A stretch of 62,594 nucleotides of DNA, the filler included, from an uncultured Methanoregulaceae archaeon (lineage in GTDB: Archaea > Halobacteriota > Methanomicrobia > Methanomicrobiales > Methanospirillaceae): assembly GCA_964530035.1 (NCBI GenBank). It is 4 parts of 4 records of this genome, joined end to end, with 100 filler letters (N's around TTAATTAATTAA, not from the genome) between each part and the next. Parts side by side here need not be neighbours in the genome. Positions count along the whole stretch, not along the records: positions 15,890 to 31,578 come from CAZGXZ010000042.1; positions 31,679 to 47,351 come from CAZGXZ010000043.1; 2 more parts are not named here. One strand, given 5' to 3'. Position numbers and translations under genes: made by a program. Under the pieces are notes generated by a model. The model did not search any database and had not been told where the DNA came from. It saw only the letters and a list, made by a program, of their open reading frames with translations. Numbering within the stretch: position 1 is the first letter of the stretch; every line of letters starts with the position of its first letter. This document shows positions 29,283-38,367 of the stretch, piece after piece.

Positions 29283-29591
29283 CTATTCACCGCAGGCTTT
29301 TCCTGAACGATGGCGGTACAGGATATCCTCCAGTGTCTCTACAAAGAGCTCGCGGTCACCGACCAGGCAGCGTTCGTGAATATCCATCGCCCATACCGGA
29401 TAGGGGACACACCCGGTTTCGAGATCCGGGATGGGGACGGTGGGGAGAGCGGAGAGGTCGACGAACCGTTCGTTTGGAAAATGCTCAGCAGCTAGGGAAT
29501 CGAGTTCGCGGACCATGGAGAGGAGTTCATAGACATCTTCCCTGTTCCAGTGGCGTATCTGGTCTGCAAGTTCTGCCGCACGGTCCCGCAT
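29283..29591 (-). CDS. Hypothetical protein
   Basis: 102-aa ATG ORF filling the intergenic space; YPVWAMD....CLVG motif; TTTAATA about 30 nt upstream. Confidence 0.55.
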   Translation of the reverse strand: MRDRAAELADQIRHWNREDVYELLSMVRELDSLAAEHFPNERFVDLSALPTVPIPDLETGCVPYPVWAMDIHERCLVGDRELFVETLEDILYRHRSGKACGE

Positions 29592-29746
29592 GGTGTACCG
29601 TCACGTCTGGTCGCCAGTGCTGGTATTAAAGCTGCCGGAACCGTTCAGGCAACAGGAGACCTCCCGAAAAAAAACCGCCAACTCCTGCCCGTTCAACCAT
29701 TGGCGGTCGGCCAGGACCCGGGAGGGTTGGGAAAAAACGGGGTTCT

Positions 29747-31441
29747 TCAGGCCCCGGGTGGGTTCTGTGCCGGAGAGGGCAGGAACTCCATCATTTCAGG
29801 TGGAAGTCCCTCCGGAGTCTGGTTGGTATATTCGTCGGTCCCCCGTGTCCGTACGAAGACATCGAAGTTCATGGAGCCGACTTTCCCGTCACGGAGGAGG
29901 TACCAGTCCAGGTACCTGTCCCTCTGGTCGTACTCCGAGAACCAGTAATCGAGCTTGTACCTCCGTTTTTCGTACCCGGTGAGTGATTCGTAGGAGTCCT
30001 CGTCGTGGGTGATCACCAGGTCAGCGTCCTGTTCGTATATCGTGTCTTCATCGGTTATCTGGCCATAAAAGATCATTTTATCCCACCTGTCCCCGCGATA
30101 GTACCAGGGGAGCGGCCAGTAGTTCTTGGACGCGATGACGACCTTGTCCGAGGCATCGATAAGGTCCATGACCATTCGCATGTCCTCGGAGTTCTGGACC
30201 TGGACAATGGGTTCGCTGATATCCACCGGGACAAAGGCGATATGCCAGACCATGCCTGCAAGGAAGATCACGGCAACTGCCGAGTAGATGACCTTCCAGG
30301 TACTCATACGGTATACGGCGACGAAGATAACCGGGAGCAGCTGGTGGATCAGGAGCCAGGGTACCTTCTCTCCGATATACCCATAGACCGCCATCGAAAG
30401 CACCATCCACCAGAGGCAGAACTGCATGAAGAGCTCCGGCCTGTCGATTGGTGCCGGGACGGGCTTTTCCGCCGCGACGGTAGCCTCAACACGGGCGTTA
30501 TCGCCGGCGGGACCATTTTTCCTGAACCGGGCGGCAAGGTTCCCTGCTAAATTCCGTACATGGGCATTGCCGTACAGGAACTCCCCTGCACCGAACAGGG
30601 CCAGGGCAAAGATCGGGATCTCATAGATGAGGAGGAGCAGGATGTAGAAGAACCATGGGCCGCAGAGCCTGCATTCCTCGTGCATCGAGGTCCAGTGGGT
30701 GATGGCACGCTGGCCGGCATCGGAAACAACCTCGAAGTGGGTACCGAGGGAGGAATAGAAGAAGAGGATGACCGCTATTGCTACTATCGCCCCTGCGAGG
30801 ACGTCCCGTTTCCATGTCCCGGGAAGGACGATCCTCTTTTTCCAGACCATCCATATGAAGAACAGGCCGAAGATGACTAGCAGGATGGGCATGTCCTCCT
30901 TGCAGCTCATGCCACAGCCGATTGCCAGACCTGCTGTCAGGGCATAGACCAGGTTGCGCCTTTCAATCCAGGCGAGGACCGCAACAATGAGCAGCAGGGT
31001 GAAGAAGATCTGGAAGATGTCGTGGCGCAGGAACCGTGAGAAGTAGACCATGTCCGGTGACAAGGCGATAAACACGGCTGCTACAAGGGCGGCTTTTCCA
31101 TCCAGGTACTTCAGGCGGTAGATGGCATAGACGAGCGGGACCAGGAGAGACCCGAAGAGGGCGGGGAGAACCCTCCCCACGAGGTCGGTGTCCCCGAACA
31201 GGGAGAACATCGCCGTCGTGGCATAATAGAGGAATGGCCCGTGGTACATCGGGTCGTATGAATAATTTCCGCCGGTCAGGATCTCGTACGAGAACCAGGC
31301 GTGGATCGCCTCGTCGTGGTGGAACAGTTTCAGGTCCAGGGCGTAGAACCGCAGGAACAGCGTTACGAAAAAAACCAGGATAAATAGTCTTTCTACGGAT
31401 AAATTGTCCTTTATCCGGCTAAAAATGGCAGGGGCAGGCAA
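29747..31441 (-). CDS. Agl23-like / PMT-type GT-C membrane protein
   Basis: LR...L....HHDEA.H, YDP.YHGP, R.LPALFG, SP..VYFSRF.RHD, KE, GEKVPWL, WPLPWY. Confidence 0.8.
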   Translation of the reverse strand: MPAPAIFSRIKDNLSVERLFILVFFVTLFLRFYALDLKLFHHDEAIHAWFSYEILTGGNYSYDPMYHGPFLYYATTAMFSLFGDTDLVGRVLPALFGSLLVPLVYAIYRLKYLDGKAALVAAVFIALSPDMVYFSRFLRHDIFQIFFTLLLIVAVLAWIERRNLVYALTAGLAIGCGMSCKEDMPILLVIFGLFFIWMVWKKRIVLPGTWKRDVLAGAIVAIAVILFFYSSLGTHFEVVSDAGQRAITHWTSMHEECRLCGPWFFYILLLLIYEIPIFALALFGAGEFLYGNAHVRNLAGNLAARFRKNGPAGDNARVEATVAAEKPVPAPIDRPELFMQFCLWWMVLSMAVYGYIGEKVPWLLIHQLLPVIFVAVYRMSTWKVIYSAVAVIFLAGMVWHIAFVPVDISEPIVQVQNSEDMRMVMDLIDASDKVVIASKNYWPLPWYYRGDRWDKMIFYGQITDEDTIYEQDADLVITHDEDSYESLTGYEKRRYKLDYWFSEYDQRDRYLDWYLLRDGKVGSMNFDVFVRTRGTDEYTNQTPEGLPPEMMEFLPSPAQNPPGA

Positions 31442-31458
31442 GCTGCACTGACCCCCTT

Positions 31459-31578
31459 TCAGCTCTCGAGGACGATCTCGATGCCGATATCTTTCGGGAC
31501 CTGGGTGCGCATGAGCTGCCGTAAGGCACGCTCGTCCGCATCGATATCGATAAGGCGTTTATGGACCCGCATCTGCCA
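31459..31578 (-). CDS. rps10: 30S ribosomal protein S10, C-terminal part (truncated by contig end)
   Basis: Hand translation [39 protein letters not shown]; not in the ORF track. Confidence 0.95.
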   Translation of the reverse strand, partial: WQMRVHKRLIDIDADERALRQLMRTQVPKDIGIEIVLES

Positions 31579-31678
31579 NNNNNNNNNNNNNNNNNNNNNN
31601 NNNNNNNNNNNNNNNNNNNNNNTTAATTAATTAANNNNNNNNNNNNNNNNNNNNNNNNNNNNNNNNNNNNNNNNNNNN
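31579..31678. other. Artificial contig linker
   Basis: N-run + TTAATTAATTAA + N-run, 100 nt. Confidence 0.97.
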
Positions 31679-31680
31679 GG

Positions 31681-32238
31681 AAACTCGAGATCGTACGGGC
31701 ATTTATCCACCACCCGCTTGTCCTGTTTCTTGACGAACCTACCATCGGGCTTGACCCGGAGTCGAGGAGGGAGGTCTGGCGGCAGATCGCCATTCTGAAC
31801 CAGGAAGAGACAACCATCATTCTCACAACCCATTACATGGATGAAGCTGAAAAGCTCTGCAACCGGATCGCCTTCATCGACGGAGGCAGGCTTATCTCTC
31901 TTGATACCCCTGAAAACCTGAAGCGGTCCGTTCCCGTTGAAGACCTGATCGAGATCGGAATTGACCGGGTTGATGAGGCCGTCCTGACCATGATACACGG
32001 GTATGATCTGGTCAGGTCTGTCGAGAAGAAGGAAAACGTACTCGCCATATCAGCCTCTCATGGCAGCAGGCTTGTCCCCGGGCTCCTGGCGGACCTTGAC
32101 CGCCACGGGGTCGCGGTAACGAGCATCTCGATCAGATCACCCTCGCTTGAAGATGTTTTCATTCACCTTACAGGGAAAAAACTGGACGCCCCGGGTACGT
32201 CTGACGCCTCTTCGCAGAACCGGGGGCGGTCACGGTGA
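31681..32238 (+). CDS. ABC transporter ATP-binding protein (DrrA-like), C-terminal part
   Basis: Open from the contig edge: KLEIVRAFIHHP.VLFLDEPTIGLDP, TTHYMDEAE, PSLEDVFI.LTG. Confidence 0.9.
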   Translation, partial: KLEIVRAFIHHPLVLFLDEPTIGLDPESRREVWRQIAILNQEETTIILTTHYMDEAEKLCNRIAFIDGGRLISLDTPENLKRSVPVEDLIEIGIDRVDEAVLTMIHGYDLVRSVEKKENVLAISASHGSRLVPGLLADLDRHGVAVTSISIRSPSLEDVFIHLTGKKLDAPGTSDASSQNRGRSR

Positions 32239-33323
32239 TGAGGGGTGCGGTTGCGATATTCAGGAGGGATTTCAAGAAATTTCTCAGCACCCCTTTTGTC
32301 ATCTTCATGACTCTTTTCATGCCCATCATGTACCTTATCGTCTTCGGGAATGCGATGGGCGGAGCGATAACCGGTATTCCCGTGGGAATAGTCCAGGAGG
32401 AGCCATATATCACCGAAACGCCGCTTTTTTTCTCAGCATCTGAATTCATGCGCTATCACCATCAGGCTGATGACCCCGTGCTGTTCTCAACAACTATCTT
32501 CAACCAGGAAAAAGCCGCCCATGAGGCCCTTTTGACCGGGAGGATCATGGGCTACGTGGTGTTCCCCTCAGATACCTCACCTGGCAGGGAGGTCAGGCTC
32601 TACCTGGACAGCTCGGAGTACGTCGTCCCCGGGCTCATCGAAGCCGGAGTGACAGCTGCCGTGCGGGGGGCCGGTGCACAAAACCCCGTCCGCGTGTCCA
32701 GGATATACGGCAGTACCGAATACATCCAGTTTTTCGGTGTCGGGGTGATTGTCATGGCGATCTTCATGACAACGATGATGGGAGGAGGAATCGCCCTTAT
32801 CAGGGACAGGGAACTCGGGATAATCGAGGGTTACCTTGTGACCCCGGTGAAACGGTCAAGCATCATCCTCGGGACGATCGGGAGTGGTACAATCAAGGCC
32901 TTCATGGCAGGTACAATCATCTTCATCGTCAATCTCGTGATAGCCGGCACTGTCATACGCACCTCAGATTCATACATTCTCGTGTTCTTTGTCCTGTTTC
33001 TCATCAGTCTCGGTATCACGAGCCTGGTTGTTGCACTGGCATCCCGCTTTTCCAGCCAGCAGGAATATGCATCATCGGTTGCATTCCTCAACCTCTTCCT
33101 TTTCATGACCAGCGGTGCATTCTACCCGGTCCTCGGGATGCCGGACTGGCTCCGCTGGATGACAATCATCAATCCCGAGGCGTATGCAGTGCATGCCCTC
33201 CGGTCCATCATACTCAGGGGGCAGGGACTCGCTGTCATATGGCCCGATATCATTGCCCTTTCAATCTTTACAGGCCTCGCGATCCTGCTCGGGATTGCCA
33301 CATACCGGAGACGGCTGGAATGA
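32238..33323 (+). CDS. ABC-2 type exporter permease
   Basis: MP...L.VFG, DRELG..EGYLVTP, SGAFYP..MP.WL, NP..YAV.ALR. Confidence 0.9.
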   Translation: MRGAVAIFRRDFKKFLSTPFVIFMTLFMPIMYLIVFGNAMGGAITGIPVGIVQEEPYITETPLFFSASEFMRYHHQADDPVLFSTTIFNQEKAAHEALLTGRIMGYVVFPSDTSPGREVRLYLDSSEYVVPGLIEAGVTAAVRGAGAQNPVRVSRIYGSTEYIQFFGVGVIVMAIFMTTMMGGGIALIRDRELGIIEGYLVTPVKRSSIILGTIGSGTIKAFMAGTIIFIVNLVIAGTVIRTSDSYILVFFVLFLISLGITSLVVALASRFSSQQEYASSVAFLNLFLFMTSGAFYPVLGMPDWLRWMTIINPEAYAVHALRSIILRGQGLAVIWPDIIALSIFTGLAILLGIATYRRRLE

Positions 33324-33424
33324 TGTACCCCGCCACAGGGAACCCCCGGATATCTTCCCTCTGTCTTCCAGGGGGCGGGTCGTTGCGTGTTCCCCGCTGT
33401 CCGGATGTTCCTTGAGGGGGGGGA

Positions 33425-34489
33425 TTACCTGAACGCCTGCCAGATCCCGAGGCCGAACTCCAGGCCAATGAGGATGATGACCACCCACTCGAGGAAGTTC
33501 GAGTGCTGGATCCTGACTTCGTCAGAAAGCATCGAGTAGTTTTCCTGTATGACCTCGATCTTACGGCTTACGGACTCTGACCACTGTCCGGAGCGCAGGA
33601 CCTTGAGGACCAGGGCATATACCCGGGCGTAATAGACATCCTCGGTCACCTTGATCAGGTTATTGACTTTTTCTGTTATCTCCGAGATCTCGGCATAGGT
33701 CTCCATGAGGGTGGACATGAGGGCGTGATAGCGCCTCATTCTCAGGAAGCTTATCTGCTTGTCGGCGAGCTCGATGTCATCGTACATCTTCTCCATCTGG
33801 CGGGACAGTTCACGGTCATAATACCGCAGTTCAAGGACCTGGACCGTGGCATACTCGATAAGGTCGATCAGGTCTGTTGCCGGGCCGGGTTCGCAGATAA
33901 GGGCACGGTCCCATGAAAGGATGACCCGGTCATCCGTGCTATAACTCAAAGCATTTTTCAGGACTTCCTCCCTCATCTGGGGTGACAGGTTGGGCACCCG
34001 TTCACCGAGCATCAGTACGACGGGGTCGAGGGATTCGTCCAGGTGATCTGTTACAAAGACGGTATAGTCCTCAAAAAAAACGTGGTTTATCGCAAGGTTA
34101 CTGATATGGGGTAGGAGGATCTCGGAGAGGGTCCCGACATAGGCATCAAATGTTTCATCGAGGCCCTCCTGCCCGGTAAAAAGGACTCCGAGGTCTTCAA
34201 GGGCCGACAGGGGAGAGAGCCTGTCTTCGAAGATGAAACAGAGGCTGATAGCGCCTATATCATACACCCGTGCGAATACCTCGAGGTCGAACAGCCTGCC
34301 ATCGCGCTCAATCCGCACCGGGTGAAGACGGAGCGAGAGTGGGGGGTCCTCCATGATGATGGACTTCGGTCTGATCCTCTGGAAACTGGCCCGTGCCGTA
34401 AAATAAGAGCGGGCGAGGGCCTGCTCAAGGCGGTTTAAGTCAATCTCCTTACCGATATCATAGATCCGGTAGAACCGGACGGAAATCAT
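33425..34489 (-). CDS. Conserved protein, RMD1/DUF155-like, with C-terminal TM
   Basis: Q.LELRYYD..L helical region and LEWVVIILI..E C-terminus. Confidence 0.6.
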   Translation of the reverse strand: MISVRFYRIYDIGKEIDLNRLEQALARSYFTARASFQRIRPKSIIMEDPPLSLRLHPVRIERDGRLFDLEVFARVYDIGAISLCFIFEDRLSPLSALEDLGVLFTGQEGLDETFDAYVGTLSEILLPHISNLAINHVFFEDYTVFVTDHLDESLDPVVLMLGERVPNLSPQMREEVLKNALSYSTDDRVILSWDRALICEPGPATDLIDLIEYATVQVLELRYYDRELSRQMEKMYDDIELADKQISFLRMRRYHALMSTLMETYAEISEITEKVNNLIKVTEDVYYARVYALVLKVLRSGQWSESVSRKIEVIQENYSMLSDEVRIQHSNFLEWVVIILIGLEFGLGIWQAFR

Positions 34490-34666
34490 GCTGTGGACGC
34501 CTCCCGGAGAGGAATGATAGTCCTACCTCTTTGCTCCTCTATACCACTTATATCCTGTCACCGGACGGGCATCCCTCCAGGAAATGGCCCTGTAAACCCG
34601 GCTCCTGAAAAAAGGCCCGGAGGTTATGACACCAGGGACTGTTTTCCATTTGTCGGGGGAGAGCCT

Positions 34667-35266
34667 CTATGCTGGCATTTCACTCTGTTTCGCAGGACAG
34701 AAGTTGCATATTGAATAGAAGACCTCTTTCTCCTTGTCCCGTATGGGGCACATGAAGGTACCATCCTTCTTTTCTACGCGGAAAGACCCGGGGAAGGGTG
34801 TCCCTACAGGATGACCGGGTTCTTCAAGGACGAACATCGTGAAACAAGCCATCAGGTAATAAAAGAACCGGTGCATCGGGCCATACCTGATGAAACAGTT
34901 TTCATCGCGCTCGTCCCAGCAGAAGCAGCCTTCAGGGACCATGGCACAGAATTTCTCGAACCGTTCCCTGTCTGAAATCGGATTAGGCATCCTGGCCCAC
35001 CCTCCCGCATGGTGCAGTGCAAGAAGACGGTGATGCGAACCAAAGACCTGTTCCATGAAAAAAGGGGCGACCTGTTCCCTGTATGGTGGAGGGAGCTTTC
35101 TTATCTCTGTCTGCATCCTTGCGCCTATGACCTGGAGGTCATACTGGGGAAAGTGCAAGACCTGGCGGGCCAGGGCATCGCCCAGTTCACCACGCGTCCC
35201 GATCCGCGCAAGGATTCTGCAACGGTCGTAGATATCCTGGTATTCCGTTGTCGCCGGGGCAAGCAT
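34667..35266 (-). CDS. DUF2115 (UPF0305) methanogen protein
   Basis: LPPPYRE, F.MFV...PGHPVGTPFPG, CPIRDK....SICNFCPA. Confidence 0.8.
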   Translation of the reverse strand: MLAPATTEYQDIYDRCRILARIGTRGELGDALARQVLHFPQYDLQVIGARMQTEIRKLPPPYREQVAPFFMEQVFGSHHRLLALHHAGGWARMPNPISDRERFEKFCAMVPEGCFCWDERDENCFIRYGPMHRFFYYLMACFTMFVLEEPGHPVGTPFPGSFRVEKKDGTFMCPIRDKEKEVFYSICNFCPAKQSEMPA

Positions 35267-35359
35267 GGTACTTTTTATTATAAGCCTCCAGCCCCTATTG
35301 TCCTTTTGAAAAGGTATCTGCAAAACCCGGGTCCAGGTCATGAACCCGGCAACGTGCTG

Positions 35360-35668
35360 TCAGGATCTGTCAAAAAACGCCATTGCACCAGGCAGGCAGG
35401 AAACAACCCCCCGAACCCCGGAAACTGTCAGGGTCATGAGAATGGCATCCCTGACCTCTTCCCGGGTGGCCCCGCACTGCATGGCCATGGGTAGATGGGC
35501 CATGACTGCCCGTTCATCGCCCATTGATGCTTTCATGGCGATGTAAATGAGTTGTTTCGTTTTTCCATCAAGTCCCCGGGAGGATACCATGGCTTCAATC
35601 AGGCTGTTGAATGCCCTGGCAACCTCCGGGGCTTCTTTTTGAAATACTTCCATCGGGTTCCGGTCCAT
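35360..35668 (-). CDS. Carboxymuconolactone decarboxylase (AhpD-like) family protein
   Basis: LD.KTKQLIYIA, H...A...GATREE..DAI. Confidence 0.8.
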   Translation of the reverse strand: MDRNPMEVFQKEAPEVARAFNSLIEAMVSSRGLDGKTKQLIYIAMKASMGDERAVMAHLPMAMQCGATREEVRDAILMTLTVSGVRGVVSCLPGAMAFFDRS

Positions 35669-35804
35669 GAATGCCCTCTCACCTGTGTACCTTTTCCCTG
35701 GAATGAAGATGTTGCGGTCTGACCGATCCCCTGCCCGCTGGCAAGGGTGTACGATGCATGGGAACTATATGGGACGGAGGCCAATGGGTATGAGGTTTTT
35801 GATA

Positions 35805-36023
35805 ATGCCCGCGCAAGGCGATGGAAGGTTCAGGAAGGAGGTCCGGCCGGGCCAGACCGTTGACATCATCATGAAACAGGACCAGCGAAACGGGAGGCTG
35901 ACCCGGGGCGTTGTCAGGGAAATCCTCACGAACTCTGCTTTCCATCCCCATGGGATCAAGGTCCGGCTCCAGGACGGACGGGTCGGAAGAGTTGGAGATA
36001 TCCCGGGTGAAAACCTGGCCTGA
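35805..36023 (+). CDS. YwbE (DUF2196) family protein
   Basis: G..VDI..KQDQ..G.LT.G.V..ILTNS..HPHGIKVRL.DG.VGRV. Confidence 0.85.
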   Translation: MPAQGDGRFRKEVRPGQTVDIIMKQDQRNGRLTRGVVREILTNSAFHPHGIKVRLQDGRVGRVGDIPGENLA

Positions 36024-36212
36024 TATCCCCGAGAATCTGTTGCTTCCTGCCTGAGCCGGAGAAACGATCATCCGGATCTGTTGAATTCCTCCAAATCTTC
36101 ATTTTTATTCACCCTGTTATGAGAGATCTCCATCAGCTGCAGTTCCGATCATCGGATTTCTCCAGAAACGATTTTTAAAAGTATTCAGGCCCACGGTAAA
36201 TGGCCGCTGTCT

Positions 36213-36695
36213 TCAGCGGGTGCCGGGCCGTATCTCGTAGCCGTTTTCCACAAGAAACGCTGCCATATGCTCCTCCATGTCCGTTCCGTGGAACGGGATG
36301 GTCTGCAGGCCCAGCTCCCATGTCCTACGCAGGGCCCTGTCGGCGGTATGAAGCGCCCTGGCCCCGGTAACCGCCCCGATCCTCACTCCGTCCATCGACC
36401 AGACTTCAAAAAGGACACACCTGAACGCCCTGCACTGTGACGGACTGCACTCATGGATGGAACAGACCATCCGGCCATTTCCGGCGGGCCGCAGAAAAGG
36501 GCATGCCCCTGGGTGCAGGTCCGGCCAGCTCCGGTCAGAGAACAGCTCTTTCTTGTCCTCATCGATGCGTGCGATGAACTCCGTTCCGGTCGACACGCAA
36601 CATGCCCTGAATTCAAAAGGTCCGGTCTGCTCCTCTATGACGATGTAATCGCCCATGCCCATACAGCACCTTCCGCACAATGAGCATTCAAACAT
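36213..36695 (-). CDS. YkgJ-family cysteine-cluster protein (Zn/Fe-S binding)
   Basis: FECxxCGRCC, CPFL, C.IH...P..C..F.C. Confidence 0.8.
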   Translation of the reverse strand: MFECSLCGRCCMGMGDYIVIEEQTGPFEFRACCVSTGTEFIARIDEDKKELFSDRSWPDLHPGACPFLRPAGNGRMVCSIHECSPSQCRAFRCVLFEVWSMDGVRIGAVTGARALHTADRALRRTWELGLQTIPFHGTDMEEHMAAFLVENGYEIRPGTR

Positions 36696-36767
36696 GGTCC
36701 CGGAGGCCCTCCCCGGAGACCCCTGCTATGGCTGCCAATGGACCCGCTGCGTGGCAGTCCTGTAAAA

Positions 36768-37094
36768 TCAGAGGTACCGGTTTTTCCTGAGCCAGTCCAC
36801 CTGGGGTGGGAGGTACCGGTAGAGGATGTCGCATTTGTCGTCCTGGAATGACCATGGCGTGATGATGAGGGTGTCCCCTTCCCGTATCCATACGCGTTTC
36901 TTGATTTTTCCCTTGATCCGCCCGAGACGGGTTACCCCGTCATGACAACGGACTCTGATATGGCTCGAGCCGAGCATCAGGTCGGCGGAGGCAAACATCT
37001 CCCTGTTTCTGCCTTTTGGTAACCGTATCCTGACATTCTGCGGCTCTCCTGTCTCGTTTACTTCCTCAACAACGAATTCATCCCTGTCATTCAC
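36768..37094 (-). CDS. eif1a: Translation initiation factor aIF-1A (start uncertain)
   Basis: RIRLP, MLG..H..V.C.DG..R.GRI.GK.KKRVWIREGD, PW.FQD.K.DI..RY. Confidence 0.95.
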   Translation of the reverse strand: MNDRDEFVVEEVNETGEPQNVRIRLPKGRNREMFASADLMLGSSHIRVRCHDGVTRLGRIKGKIKKRVWIREGDTLIITPWSFQDDKCDILYRYLPPQVDWLRKNRYL

Positions 37095-37304
37095 ATTACG
37101 ACGAATCAGAGCATCTCCTGTCCTGATATATATGTTGTTCTGGAGCATGAACGTATGGGATGATCATACTCCCTGAGGGCAGGGCCGATAGTGTATCCGG
37201 TAAAAACCAGGAAATGATGAAATTATCCGGATTGATGAATATAACCCGATTTTATAGGGCCATTGAGGGAAACAGGGAAGTGGTTCACCAAAAAGAGAAA
37301 TGTG

Positions 37305-37898
37305 TCAGAAACCGATATCAGTCGCCGAGTTTTCCGTCAGGTTGAGGAATTCGGAGCCTGCCGCCATTGCTTCCCCCGCTTCGGCCAGGAGTCTGTCGGC
37401 GGTATCCATGTCTCCTTTGTCCATCGCATCAGTCCCCTGTGTTATCTTCATCCCGGACTCCCTGAACTTCGAAAGAGCGTTCAGATAATTGTCTTTTACC
37501 GGCTGCACTGGTTTGGAAACGGGCAATGAACTGATTGTTTTATACGCGCTCTCGGACTCCTGCGCAAGCAGTGTCCCGTTCTCCCGGAGACCCCTTGCAT
37601 CAAGGGCCTCCGAAGAGGTCATGATCATCTGGAGCCGCGGCTCAAGCGACGAAATTGACTCCAGTACTGCCTTGCTAAAAATGATATCGTCCTGCGTCCC
37701 GGAATAACCCGCCGTTTGCTGGGGAGCCTGGATGGCCCCCTGTGAAGCTGCTGCGCCGGGTACCTGCTGAGGTGCCGCGGCACCTGACCTTACCGGTGCC
37801 GAAGAAACGGGAAGATTCGAGGTACAACCGGCAACCGCCAGGCAGCCTGCAAGCACGAGGCAGAGAATGGTCATAACCACCCTCGGGGAGAGATACAT
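37305..37898 (-). CDS. Putative lipoprotein, helical bundle
   Basis: Hydrophobic signal with lipobox VAGC, Ala/Pro/Gln linker, helical domain. Confidence 0.7.
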   Translation of the reverse strand: MYLSPRVVMTILCLVLAGCLAVAGCTSNLPVSSAPVRSGAAAPQQVPGAAASQGAIQAPQQTAGYSGTQDDIIFSKAVLESISSLEPRLQMIMTSSEALDARGLRENGTLLAQESESAYKTISSLPVSKPVQPVKDNYLNALSKFRESGMKITQGTDAMDKGDMDTADRLLAEAGEAMAAGSEFLNLTENSATDIGF

Positions 37899-37973
37899 GG
37901 AAGTACAGGTGGTCTGCACTATCCAATTACGATTACGGTCCCCCCGTCCTCCACTCCTGAAGTGGCTGGTCCT

Positions 37974-38240
37974 TCAGGAGGGTTCCAGGCTGAAATCCGG
38001 CAGCGCGATCGCTTCTCGTCCCTTCAGGGTCAGGTCGGCACGGTCGTACTCGTCATTCAGGGTGATGTAGCCCTGCTCCATGAGGAGGAGCAGGCAGGTA
38101 TGGGCCATGGGCCAGAATGGCAGGAGACTGCTCGCCTCGTAAATATCCATGATATGCCTGTTTCCTCCCTGTATGGCTTTCCAGACTGCCTGGAGGTTTT
38201 TTCTCTCGTCCTCAAACACGGATCCGTCCATGTGCATCAA
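37974..38240 (-). CDS. Small hypothetical protein, winged-helix-like
   Basis: L..L.EQGYI......LT.KG C-terminal wHTH-like pattern. Confidence 0.5.
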   Translation of the reverse strand: MMHMDGSVFEDERKNLQAVWKAIQGGNRHIMDIYEASSLLPFWPMAHTCLLLLMEQGYITLNDEYDRADLTLKGREAIALPDFSLEPS

Positions 38241-38367
38241 GTGAAAGACGCCCTGTCATGTCTTCAACCGGGCCGGCGGGGAAGGTGAAAGTGTTCTTCG
38301 GTGTCCGCGGTACCGGCATTGCCCAGTCCGGAATCCCGGGGAGGTGTGCCTTTTTCGTGTGGCCGAT

